Shown piece by piece: positions 48,763 through 56,153 of a DNA stretch of 56,497 nt. How positions within the stretch are numbered: the stretch's first letter is position 1; every line of letters begins with the position of its first letter. Where the stretch lies: positions 1-56,497 of the IMG/VR virus record IMGVR_UViG_3300024517_000001; one strand, written 5' to 3'. The notes beneath the pieces were generated by a model. The model was not told where the DNA came from and did not search any database. It saw only the letters and a list, made by a program, of their open reading frames with translations. The DNA is from a virus (lineage: Duplodnaviria; Caudoviricetes). The translations under genes were made by a program, and so were the position numbers.

Positions 48763-48960
48763 TTACTTCTCCTCCAATCTAAAATAAATATAGTCATCTC
48801 CTACTGTAATAGATTTAACATTGGGGTTAACCTTTTGTTTTCCCACATAATTCCATTCCAGATCAGGGTTAGTGGTTGTCTGTTGATGGACTTCATCAAA
48901 GAACTCTTTGTTCTCTATATAAAAAATAAGATTTGTTATCATAGAAAATACTATAAACAT
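48763..48960 (-). CDS. hypothetical protein
   Basis: ORF with RBS junction. Confidence 0.6.
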   Translation of the reverse strand: MFIVFSMITNLIFYIENKEFFDEVHQQTTTNPDLEWNYVGKQKVNPNVKSITVGDDYIYFRLEEK

Positions 48961-49131
48961 TTACTTCTCCTTATATACAATGTGTAATTTAGATACTATC
49001 TCTTTAACTATGCCATCAAGGTAGGGTTGTAGCCCTGCTCTATGTATGTTAAATAATTTTTTATGTTGTTCAAGTTCTGATTCAAGAGATTTAATCTTTA
49101 AATCTTTTTCATCTAGTTCTTCATCAGCCAT
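48961..49131 (-). CDS. hypothetical protein (56 aa)
   Basis: manual translation MADEELDEKD..., AGGAG RBS. Confidence 0.55.
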   Translation of the reverse strand: MADEELDEKDLKIKSLESELEQHKKLFNIHRAGLQPYLDGIVKEIVSKLHIVYKEK

Positions 49132-49140
49132 TGTTTTCTC

Positions 49141-49377
49141 CTAATGTCCTAGTTTAGAGTTGCGTTCTACTGCTTCATCTCTGGTGATGCACTCAAACTT
49201 TTGAATGCTTACCATCTTATCTTTAAAGTGATTGTTAATTGATAAAGATAATGTATCTTTATATTCTCCAATATATTTCTCACACAAATTCTTATTAGTG
49301 TAAGGATAACTATATTGTATCCAGCCTAGGGGAGGATGAACATTCAGCATAATCAAGGCTGTAATAAAGTAGATCAT
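49141..49377 (-). CDS. hypothetical protein
   Basis: hydrophobic N-terminus, two Cys. Confidence 0.6.
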   Translation of the reverse strand: MIYFITALIMLNVHPPLGWIQYSYPYTNKNLCEKYIGEYKDTLSLSINNHFKDKMVSIQKFECITRDEAVERNSKLGH

Positions 49378-49550
49378 TTGTCTCTCTCCTCTTCAAGACT
49401 TTTAATAATACCAAGTAGTTCTCTGACATCAGCCCTGTAGAGTGACCAGTACTTCTCTTTGTCCAAGTCACCCCTGCTGTTATCAGCCCTTTTCAAATTA
49501 GCCAAGGCTATCTCCTTGACCTGTTCTATCCTTTCTTTTCTGAGTTGCAT
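49374..49550 (-). CDS. hypothetical protein
   Basis: TAATG-coupled start MQLRKE. Confidence 0.55.
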   Translation of the reverse strand: MQLRKERIEQVKEIALANLKRADNSRGDLDKEKYWSLYRADVRELLGIIKSLEEERDK

Positions 49551-50470
49551 TACGCTGCTAACGCCTCCCATTCTGGAGACGCTAACATCTTCCTCACCTT
49601 ATCTTCTCTGTTAACCTTCACATTATGAGGTGAACTTCCACGCTTACTATCAGGATGGGAAGACCAGTAGGTAGCTGCATTGTATGCAGTCCAGAGGGTT
49701 CCTTCCTCTCTCTTGCCATAGGTTTCATAGTGTCCTCGTCCATGTATGTGACGGTTCTCTTCATCGAAGATCTTCATGAGGTTAGATAGCATTACCTTAT
49801 TAGCTACCTTCTTCTTACTGACATTATCAGTACGTTGAGCCAGTGTTTTAGTGAAGAGATTGATAGCCTCATACCTTTTTAATGGGGTATCATACCAGTT
49901 ACGCATCTCTTCAAGACCTTTGCCAGAGATAAACTCACCAGCATTCCTAATCTTGGTAGCAAATCCAGAGATGTTAAAGTTCTTGGTATGCCTACCATAG
50001 ACATAGGCCAGCTTATCACCAGATACTAAGGTATTATAACAGAAGGATCTCCATAGTCCCATCATACCATTGTTAGCCCATGTCCTGTTATGGGATGTCC
50101 TGAAGACAAACTCAGGTATGATAGTATCTTTACCACCCATACGCATAGCATGGGCAGGGAACTTAGCTCTTAACTCCAGCTTGGCTCCATAATCATAGAC
50201 ATTAGTCGTAAAGTCAGCGTCAGTCATGTCTATCTCAGCCCTTTTAAGGGCTTCTTCTACACCATCTACGATCTCTGCATACTGGACAGGGAAGTACTCA
50301 TCAGAGACTATACCTATAGGTTCCTTGGTATCTGTACGCCTTAGACCTACTCCAATATGTGAGGGTATTTTCTCTGCTTTGGTGTAAGGAACTAAGTCTT
50401 CACCTGCTTGCCACTCATTAATAAGTGGAAATTTTTCTACCAAGAAATCTATCTTGCTATGATCAAACAT
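49550..50470 (-). CDS. DUF932/DUF945-family protein
   Basis: RRTDTKEPIGIVSDEYFPVQ, CYNTL, RHT, GTLWTAYNAATYW. Confidence 0.75.
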   Translation of the reverse strand: MFDHSKIDFLVEKFPLINEWQAGEDLVPYTKAEKIPSHIGVGLRRTDTKEPIGIVSDEYFPVQYAEIVDGVEEALKRAEIDMTDADFTTNVYDYGAKLELRAKFPAHAMRMGGKDTIIPEFVFRTSHNRTWANNGMMGLWRSFCYNTLVSGDKLAYVYGRHTKNFNISGFATKIRNAGEFISGKGLEEMRNWYDTPLKRYEAINLFTKTLAQRTDNVSKKKVANKVMLSNLMKIFDEENRHIHGRGHYETYGKREEGTLWTAYNAATYWSSHPDSKRGSSPHNVKVNREDKVRKMLASPEWEALAA

Positions 50471-50687
50471 AATTATCTCCATAGTTATTGTCATGGTACT
50501 GTTCGTACCCCTCCTCTAATGACCTAAGCTCCTCAGTGAGCCAGCCATTGAGTTCCTCTATGTCAACTCTATCTACATTAGAGCCACACATCTCTATGAA
50601 TTCCTCAACCATAGGACGACACCAGCCATCCTTCTCTGAGTTAAGGAACTTAACTATATCATTAGAAGTTTTAAATGTAGGTAACAT
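50463..50687 (-). CDS. hypothetical protein
   Basis: ORF in the early gene run. Confidence 0.6.
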   Translation of the reverse strand: MLPTFKTSNDIVKFLNSEKDGWCRPMVEEFIEMCGSNVDRVDIEELNGWLTEELRSLEEGYEQYHDNNYGDNYV

Positions 50688-50691
50688 TTAC

Positions 50692-50889
50692 TTACCCCTC
50701 CTCATGTTCAACTACGTTGTCATTAAAGTTCTTTATAATTTTATCATTACTGAATAAAGTTATTTGATCTTCAATTACCTTACCTTGATGACAGCTACTA
50801 ACTACTATCCTTGTAGACATACCAAGATCATCTCCCAAATCTCTGGAAGTTATGGTCACTTCTTGTACCCTATGTATGGAACTATCCAT
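50692..50889 (-). CDS. hypothetical protein
   Basis: AGGAG RBS immediately after element 3. Confidence 0.6.
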   Translation of the reverse strand: MDSSIHRVQEVTITSRDLGDDLGMSTRIVVSSCHQGKVIEDQITLFSNDKIIKNFNDNVVEHEEG

Positions 50890-50905
50890 TCTCTTTCTCC
50901 TATAT

Positions 50906-50958
50906 TTAATGAGTATCTAGTAGAGTTCGTTAGTACTCACTCTACTAGATCTCATTAA
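50906..50958. repeat. hairpin element copy 3
   Basis: TTAATGAG(T)ATCTAGTAGAG-ttcgttagtactca-CTCTACTAGATCTCATTAA. Confidence 0.9.
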
Positions 50959-51145
50959 TATTACAGTATCCCTTAACGATATAGTCTCGTCCAAATATAT
51001 ATCCATCAGGGCCATACTTAGCCTGAGCCTTCTTCAGGATATCAGACATAGCCCATCCCTTAACTGGACTATCTTTACCTTCCTGCATTAGTTCTTTAAC
51101 AAAATTAACTATGTCACGTTGGTAAATTATCTGGGAAGCATCCAT
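50945..51145 (-). CDS. hypothetical protein
   Basis: AAGGAG RBS; stop inside element 3. Confidence 0.6.
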   Translation of the reverse strand: MDASQIIYQRDIVNFVKELMQEGKDSPVKGWAMSDILKKAQAKYGPDGYIFGRDYIVKGYCNINEI

Positions 51146-51261
51146 TTTGCAGTCTCCTTATGTTTAAGTTTCCTATTATAACTGTTCTTACCTTTCTTGG
51201 CAAGCACAACTTTGTGCCTTAGCATCCTAAGACACTTCCAATACGGGTTTCTTTTCTTCAT
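51127..51261 (-). CDS. small basic ArfA-like protein (not in ORF track)
   Basis: manual translation MKKRNPYWKCLRMLRHKVVLAKKGKNSYNRKLKHKETAKWMLPR. Confidence 0.55.
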   Translation of the reverse strand: MKKRNPYWKCLRMLRHKVVLAKKGKNSYNRKLKHKETAKWMLPR

Positions 51262-51378
51262 CTTCCTTAACCTTTTCATTGTTAATGAGGTGGACAACCT
51301 GAGACATCAGCCATCCTATCAAGAACTCAGGGTGCTGACTAGGCAGTGTGTCCATTTCTGCCTGTAATTCTTCCAACG

Positions 51379-51609
51379 TCAATGCAATACTCTCTTATCT
51401 TCAGTATGCTGAACGCTTTGAATTGCCACATTAAACATCCCAATAGTACTTTCTTTGCCAATAGTTTCTACATATAACTTAAGGCAAGCACTTAACAAAG
51501 CACCTGATACCATCAGGATATTAGATTTACTTTCATCAGGAGGTGAAGTCTCTCTGATAAGTTCCCATAACTTATTCTGAAACTCAAGAAGTTCTTCTTC
51601 TTCAGTCAT
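51379..51609 (-). CDS. hypothetical protein
   Basis: 76-aa ORF with RBS. Confidence 0.6.
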   Translation of the reverse strand: MTEEEELLEFQNKLWELIRETSPPDESKSNILMVSGALLSACLKLYVETIGKESTIGMFNVAIQSVQHTEDKRVLH

Positions 51610-51742
51610 GGTTTTTTCCTTAGCATATTGAGAAGCTTCTCATACTGCATGAGCTTTGCCTTTAATTTTTTAATTCTAATGTGACTATTTTGCAACTGTT
51701 CTTGCAGTTCCCTCACATTTCTTTTAAGGATTTCTGTCTGGC

Positions 51743-51997
51743 TCATAGCTTATGTAACTCCTCTTTCAATTCCTCCAGTTGATTTATACTTTCATCACAC
51801 AAGTAACGTATAGCCTTTACTTTGTCTATACATAGGTTTACTTTAGCTTTTGCTTCAGGAATTTTTCCCATGATATAGGCATCATCGATAGGCATGTGGA
51901 TTTTCTTTAAACTATTCTTAGTATGCCCAAAGACTTCATCTAATTCTGGGATAGGTTCTCCTGTTTGTACAAAACCTGTTGCTTTTTTATCACTCAT
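51743..51997 (-). CDS. hypothetical protein
   Basis: ATGA-coupled ORF. Confidence 0.6.
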   Translation of the reverse strand: MSDKKATGFVQTGEPIPELDEVFGHTKNSLKKIHMPIDDAYIMGKIPEAKAKVNLCIDKVKAIRYLCDESINQLEELKEELHKL

Positions 51998-52209
51998 GCT
52001 ACCCTCTCAATCTTTAGAGCATCTGGATAGTCTTCCAAAAGATCAGCAGTATTTTCATATAACTCTGATAGTTCTGCAAAGGAAGTTGTTCCCTTACTAT
52101 CACATACCTGACATTCATATAGTCTGCTACTTGATAGGTCTGTATCTACTGCAAAATGTCCCTCACCATCACAGTTAGGACACGTAATCGTAATGTTATA
52201 GCGTGTCAT
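51994..52209 (-). CDS. small DnaJ-type zinc-finger protein
   Basis: CPNCDGEG and CQVCDSKG; GGAGG RBS. Confidence 0.65.
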   Translation of the reverse strand: MTRYNITITCPNCDGEGHFAVDTDLSSSRLYECQVCDSKGTTSFAELSELYENTADLLEDYPDALKIERVA

Positions 52210-52286
52210 AGAATCCTCCATAGTATAGGAAAACTAAACATAACATAGCAATGATGGTAACTCCCATCATCAGTTTAAATATTTCA

Positions 52287-52430
52287 TTAAGCATTCTCCA
52301 TCTCCTCCTCTGCTAAAGACATAGCTTCTAGCTCTGCTCTGTCTACATCATTATATATTGCCAGCATTTTAGTTAAATGCTTTTCATATATGTCCTCAAG
52401 TTGAGCCTGTATTGGTGAAGGTAAACTCAT
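52287..52430 (-). CDS. hypothetical protein (47 aa)
   Basis: manual translation MSLPSPIQAQLED..., GGAG RBS just after element 4. Confidence 0.5.
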   Translation of the reverse strand: MSLPSPIQAQLEDIYEKHLTKMLAIYNDVDRAELEAMSLAEEEMENA

Positions 52431-52445
52431 AACATTTCTCCATAT

Positions 52446-52500
52446 TTAATTACGTTCTCTATCTAGTACGTAAGTACTAACTAGATAGAGAACTAATTAA
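52446..52500. repeat. hairpin element copy 4
   Basis: TTAATTA(C)GTTCTCTATCTAG-tacgtaagtactaa-CTAGATAGAGAACTAATTAA. Confidence 0.93.
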
Positions 52501-52525
52501 GTTTAGTATAACATAAGTAAATTAA

Positions 52526-53107
52526 TTAATCAACTATATAGTCTTTATGTAGTCGACTAACATGCTGACCATTCTTGTATTTGTTGGGGTACTTCTCAGC
52601 TAGTAGGTCACACCAGCTATTCCATAGGAATTCACAACCACCTAGATCTTCACAAAGTTTTATATATAACTTTGCTTTGCCAAGGGCTGTATCATATTTA
52701 ACTTTGCTTATCTTGAAGGCTGATGCTGATAGTCCAAACCTTCTCAGGTTATGGACATCAAGACAACCAACCTTACCAAGGCATAGCTGTAATACAAAGC
52801 CAGCTTTGACTATACCAATCCCATTAATACTAGCTACTGCTAGTAATTTCTCAGCCATCGGAAGCTTACGGCTATAGATAGCCTTATGTAAGTCTTCCTT
52901 ATTGGCTAGGATGTAGTCCCAACCAGCCCTCTTCGATCCAAATAAGTATTTGGATTTTAATCCATTACTTTTTAGGTCAATTATCTGACGGCCTACCGTC
53001 TCCCATTGCTGTTGTATAGACAACAGAACCATAGCTATAATCCATTGGGTATTATCTGGGGACTTTCTTCCCCATCTTCCAATAGATTTTTGGTGCGTAG
53101 AAAACAT
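52526..53107 (-). CDS. HhH-GPD-like DNA glycosylase (putative)
   Basis: LLAVASINGIGIVKAGFVLQL...CLDVHNLR. Confidence 0.6.
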   Translation of the reverse strand: MFSTHQKSIGRWGRKSPDNTQWIIAMVLLSIQQQWETVGRQIIDLKSNGLKSKYLFGSKRAGWDYILANKEDLHKAIYSRKLPMAEKLLAVASINGIGIVKAGFVLQLCLGKVGCLDVHNLRRFGLSASAFKISKVKYDTALGKAKLYIKLCEDLGGCEFLWNSWCDLLAEKYPNKYKNGQHVSRLHKDYIVD

Positions 53108-53121
53108 TTCCTTCTCCTTAA

Positions 53122-53397
53122 TTAACAAGGATCTCCTAACTTTGGTTGGTTCTCAACAAAGTTAAGAAGCTCTTTTAGATCTTGAATATTTTCTTCAAGA
53201 TCTGGATGGTTCCTGTTTTGGATACCTAAGTTTCTCAACAGCCATCTAATATTAGATGTAATCCATAAGTTCCTTCTATGCTTTGGAACATCGAAGCTCA
53301 TGTCTGCAAGAAAGAAATCATGAATACCATTGTCAGGTTCGTTATCCAATTTGATGTTTACACAATCTGGATTGGTTGGTAATTTTATTTCACACAT
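53122..53397 (-). CDS. hypothetical protein
   Basis: ORF, start MCEIK after AAGG. Confidence 0.6.
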   Translation of the reverse strand: MCEIKLPTNPDCVNIKLDNEPDNGIHDFFLADMSFDVPKHRRNLWITSNIRWLLRNLGIQNRNHPDLEENIQDLKELLNFVENQPKLGDPC

Positions 53398-53410
53398 AGT
53401 CTTTACCTTG

Positions 53411-53470
53411 AAAAAAATAGGGAGATACAACGTAATCCCCATTAGATGGGATTGTAACAGGGTATCTCCC
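53411..53470 (-). terminator. long terminator-like hairpin with U-tract
   Basis: GGGAGATAC...GTATCTCCC then TATTTTTTT; inner AATCCC/GGGATT stem. Confidence 0.6.
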
Positions 53471-53479
53471 CAAGTTTAC

Positions 53480-53677
53480 CTAACGGTTAACATTAAAGAT
53501 TGGCCTAATACTAGAGCCAAACTTATTAAAAGTTTTGCCAGTAAACACATAGAAGCTACGCTTTCTAAAGTGCAGACCAACTGAGCTATCGCCAACGCTT
53601 ACGCCATAGCGATTTTCTACTGTCCTAGCTGGTTTAGAAAACCAACCTGTCTTATTGAGGATTTGAAATGAGGTCAT
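53480..53677 (-). CDS. hypothetical protein
   Basis: GGAG RBS after pseudoknot leader. Confidence 0.6.
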   Translation of the reverse strand: MTSFQILNKTGWFSKPARTVENRYGVSVGDSSVGLHFRKRSFYVFTGKTFNKFGSSIRPIFNVNR

Positions 53678-53696
53678 TTCATACTCCGTTAGTGGT

Positions 53697-53725
53697 GTCA
53701 GCATCAAACCCTGCCAACTTGGGGT
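53697..53725 (-). ncRNA. predicted H-type pseudoknot leader A1
   Basis: ACCC-caa-GTTGGCA-GGGT-ttga-TGCTGAC; homolog at 55053-55082 with compensatory changes. Confidence 0.6.
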
Positions 53726-53728
53726 ACT

Positions 53729-53780
53729 TTAATTAACTCCCTCTAGTTACGTAAACACTTAACTAGAGGGATTTAATTAA
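53729..53780. repeat. hairpin element copy 5
   Basis: TTAATTAAcTCCCTCTAGTTA-cgtaaacact-TAACTAGAGGGAtTTAATTAA. Confidence 0.93.
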
Positions 53781-53787
53781 GAAGATC

Positions 53788-53961
53788 TTAGTATACATAT
53801 CCTCGCCAAGATTTCACATGATCATTTATGGCTTTGGATATAGAAGCTTTCAAATCTTCCTTTTCGTTAACTGTTAAATCGTCACGAAATTCAACAGCTT
53901 TGAGCTTGTCAATTCGATCCTGTAGTGGAACACTAGAATAAGGTTTCCATGTTCTATTCAT
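53788..53961 (-). CDS. hypothetical protein (57 aa)
   Basis: manual translation MNRTWKPYSSVPLQ..., AAGGAG RBS. Confidence 0.55.
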   Translation of the reverse strand: MNRTWKPYSSVPLQDRIDKLKAVEFRDDLTVNEKEDLKASISKAINDHVKSWRGYVY

Positions 53962-53972
53962 TGGCAACTCCT

Positions 53973-54236
53973 TTAATTATTTAAGTCACGCATCAGGTAT
54001 TCACCTGATTTTATTTTAGCTTGCGTTTCTTTCTTAGTCTCACTGAGAAATCTATTTCTATATTTCCCTGTAGTTTGTGAGTAATCCCACTTGTTTTTAT
54101 CAAGAAAGACTTGGCCTCTGATAATCACTACAATGAGAGTATCATAGGATTGAAACCATTTCTTGTCACCATCAGTTACTACAAACTGATTAACTACTGG
54201 TTGCCCAGTATTTCCTATCATGTTGGAAACATACAA
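53973..54236 (-). CDS. phage hypothetical protein
   Basis: NQF...FQSYDT...WDYSQTTGKYRNRFL; AAGGAG RBS after element 6. Confidence 0.7.
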   Translation of the reverse strand: MYVSNMIGNTGQPVVNQFVVTDGDKKWFQSYDTLIVVIIRGQVFLDKNKWDYSQTTGKYRNRFLSETKKETQAKIKSGEYLMRDLNN

Positions 54237-54252
54237 TGTCTTTCTCCTTTCT

Positions 54253-54305
54253 TTAATTAACCCTCTGTAGTTACGTAAGTACTTAAACTACAGAGGTTTA
54301 ATTAA
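54253..54305. repeat. hairpin element copy 6
   Basis: TTAATTAAcCCTCTGTAGTT-acgtaagtactta-AACTACAGAGGtTTAATTAA. Confidence 0.95.
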
Positions 54306-54308
54306 TAT

Positions 54309-54587
54309 TTAAAAAGCCCACCATTCTTTGATGCACTTATCACTGGTTTTAATATGACTAACGTCAACAACTTGCCAGTGGCCTACTTCCTCATCTTTAC
54401 AATCTGCTGTAAAGATACCGTCAACATCTTCCTTTACAAAGCTATGACCAGCAAAGAAACTCATTGCTTTGATAGCTTCTATAGCTTCTTCTTTTGTAAT
54501 GAAAAAGGTTCCTATTCTTTTCTCGAATTCCCAATTATCAATCTCGTTAGGATCATCGAAAAAAGAACAATGCACTACCATAAACAT
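54309..54587 (-). CDS. hypothetical protein
   Basis: AAGGAG RBS. Confidence 0.65.
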   Translation of the reverse strand: MFMVVHCSFFDDPNEIDNWEFEKRIGTFFITKEEAIEAIKAMSFFAGHSFVKEDVDGIFTADCKDEEVGHWQVVDVSHIKTSDKCIKEWWAF

Positions 54588-54745
54588 AGTCTTTCTCCTT
54601 TCTTTAATCTATACCAAGTGAAGTTAATAAACTCCACTTGGCAGCCTAAATTCTCCCAACACCGCATAGCTTTCATCTCTTTAGGCAGAGCCTACTCACA
54701 TTTTTTTTGGTGTTTACTGTTGTCACATTGGACAATCTCCTTTAC

Positions 54746-54797
54746 TTAATTACTAAGTATTAGTTACGTAAATACTTAACTAATACTTAGTAATTAA
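54746..54797. repeat. hairpin element copy 7
   Basis: perfect 21-bp arms TTAATTACTAAGTATTAGTTA around cgtaaatact. Confidence 0.93.
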
Positions 54798-54799
54798 AG

Positions 54800-54827
54800 T
54801 GAGCAGTTTAATGACTTGCTCAGGTCA
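54800..54827 (-). ncRNA. predicted compact H-type pseudoknot B
   Basis: TGAC-c-TGAGCA-a-GTCA-ttaaac-TGCTCA. Confidence 0.5.
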
Positions 54828-54833
54828 GCCTAC

Positions 54834-55034
54834 TTAGGCTGCTTTCCGTGAGGTTTCTACACCTTCAGGGACTGCATCAAGGTTCTTAATGACCTTGAAA
54901 GCCTGTACTGTGTTACCCTCTTTGAGGGCATGCAGTACTGCTACTGGAATACCAGCATCAGCTTTGTCTTGGAAACCATCTTCTTTGATGGTCTGCCATT
55001 TATTTGCTTTCGTCAAGAACTGAAATGTTTTCAT
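54834..55034 (-). CDS. hypothetical protein
   Basis: MKTFQFL start after GGAG RBS and pseudoknot leader. Confidence 0.6.
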   Translation of the reverse strand: MKTFQFLTKANKWQTIKEDGFQDKADAGIPVAVLHALKEGNTVQAFKVIKNLDAVPEGVETSRKAA

Positions 55035-55052
55035 AAGAAAACTCCGTAATGT

Positions 55053-55082
55053 GTCGATCATCAAAGCCTGACCAACTTGGCT
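55053..55082 (-). ncRNA. predicted H-type pseudoknot leader A2
   Basis: AGCC-aa-GTTGGTCA-GGCT-ttga-TGATCGAC. Confidence 0.6.
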
Positions 55083-55086
55083 ATAT

Positions 55087-55138
55087 TTAATTAACCCTCT
55101 GTAGTTTCGTAAGTACTTAACTACAGAGGTTTAATTAA
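55087..55138. repeat. hairpin element copy 8
   Basis: TTAATTAAcCCTCTGTAGTT-tcgtaagtactt-AACTACAGAGGtTTAATTAA. Confidence 0.95.
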
Positions 55139-55144
55139 CTTCAA

Positions 55145-55321
55145 TTAAGAAGGAAACGTGTACACTGTAGCCTCTGGATTAAGAGCAAAGAACTCAGAAG
55201 CTTCAGCGAGTGCTAAAGCACCGTATGCAGCTTCAAGATCACCAGAAGCTTCATGAGAGAGAGCATCAGCAAAAAACTTATCAGCATATTCAGTGTATTC
55301 AGTAGTCGTCAATAAAACCAT
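55145..55321 (-). CDS. small acidic hypothetical protein
   Basis: GGAGG RBS; single gene between elements 9 and 8. Confidence 0.6.
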   Translation of the reverse strand: MVLLTTTEYTEYADKFFADALSHEASGDLEAAYGALALAEASEFFALNPEATVYTFPS

Positions 55322-55335
55322 CGACACCTCCAAAG

Positions 55336-55388
55336 TTAATTAACCCTTGGTAGTTACGTAAGTACTTAAACTACCAAGGTTTAATTAA
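55336..55388. repeat. hairpin element copy 9
   Basis: TTAATTAAcCCTTGGTAGTT-acgtaagtactta-AACTACCAAGGtTTAATTAA. Confidence 0.95.
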
Positions 55389-55400
55389 ACTCAATTAAGA

Positions 55401-55568
55401 TTAAAGAAAAGCAGTTTCAACATCGAGTGATGTCTTAAAAGTCTCAATCCATTCTCCTTCAGAGTTATGGATTTCAAAGCCTTGTCCAGTTACTGACGTA
55501 GTAACTGTGAATTGATCATTACCATGAACAAAATCGATCATGGTTTGCAAAGCAAGTTCGTCAGTCAT
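55401..55568 (-). CDS. hypothetical protein (55 aa)
   Basis: manual translation MTDELALQTMIDF..., ATGA coupling, AAGGAG RBS. Confidence 0.55.
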   Translation of the reverse strand: MTDELALQTMIDFVHGNDQFTVTTSVTGQGFEIHNSEGEWIETFKTSLDVETAFL

Positions 55569-55750
55569 GACATCTCCTTTATTGTTACGATTAGCAGGAG
55601 TATAACAAATACTCCTACTAAAGCAAAGATAAAACCTACACCAAGCATTATTACTTGGTGTTCACCAAAAAAGAATGGAAACAACAACCATTCCAGAGAG
55701 ACAACCCAGTAAGCTACTACTGGGATCATAAACGAGAGGAAAATTCTCAT
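55565..55750 (-). CDS. small two-TM membrane protein
   Basis: 61 aa, almost entirely hydrophobic. Confidence 0.6.
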   Translation of the reverse strand: MRIFLSFMIPVVAYWVVSLEWLLFPFFFGEHQVIMLGVGFIFALVGVFVILLLIVTIKEMS

Positions 55751-55896
55751 GACACTACCTCAATTCTCTCTTCGAGAATTTCTTCTCCTCTTGCCAAACC
55801 AATTTGCTCTATGGCTTGAACTCTTGTTGCAGCCCATTCATAGACATAATCAACTTCGACACCAAACTGAATTGGAATGCGATATTTCTCTTTCAT
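55747..55896 (-). CDS. hypothetical protein (49 aa), first gene of the early arm
   Basis: manual translation MKEKYRIPIQFGVEV..., ATGA coupling. Confidence 0.5.
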   Translation of the reverse strand: MKEKYRIPIQFGVEVDYVYEWAATRVQAIEQIGLARGEEILEERIEVVS

Positions 55897-55920
55897 AGCC
55901 TTAGCTCCAAAAAAAGGTTA

Positions 55921-55974
55921 TCAGGTAACTCTCTGTAGTTACGTAAAGTACTTAAACTACAGAGAGCTACCTGA
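55921..55974. repeat. hairpin element copy 10 (TCAGGTA base instead of TTAATTAA)
   Basis: TCAGGTAaCTCTCTGTAGTT-acgtaaagtactta-AACTACAGAGAGcTACCTGA. Confidence 0.9.
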
Positions 55975-56153
55975 ACTCAATTAAGATAAGAAGAACTTCA
56001 ACCTCGTCATCGATCTGTCAAGCCTCGTCAAAATCCTAGGGATTTCGTCATGTGTCAAAGATCTCTGATCTTCCTATGCACAAGTAAAATCCCTTGGATT
56101 TTCAAAGACTTATCGATAGGTTGAAGTATTTAGCAAAGCTAGGGATTGGGTTT

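Noticed and set aside
509-55712. Antisense and alternate-frame ORFs in the track (e.g. 4547-5254, 8908-9249, 34909-35271, 43430-43819, 54354-54749)
   Set aside because: They overlap well-supported genes, lack RBSs and motifs, and break the two-arm strand pattern
41572-55974. Hairpins as canonical integron attC sites
   Set aside because: Ends only approximate RYYYAAC/GTTRRRY, the loop is conserved rather than variable, and no tyrosine recombinase is visible; kept only as an analogy
53729-55974. CRISPR array or mini-array
   Set aside because: Intervals are 200-530 bp and contain ORFs with RBSs; repeats differ in sequence; the Cas4-like gene is a normal phage replication exonuclease
41572-55974. 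Hairpins as ordinary intrinsic terminators
   Set aside because: No U-tract, AT-rich base, long stems and a conserved cap; typical terminators at 36820 and 40905 look different
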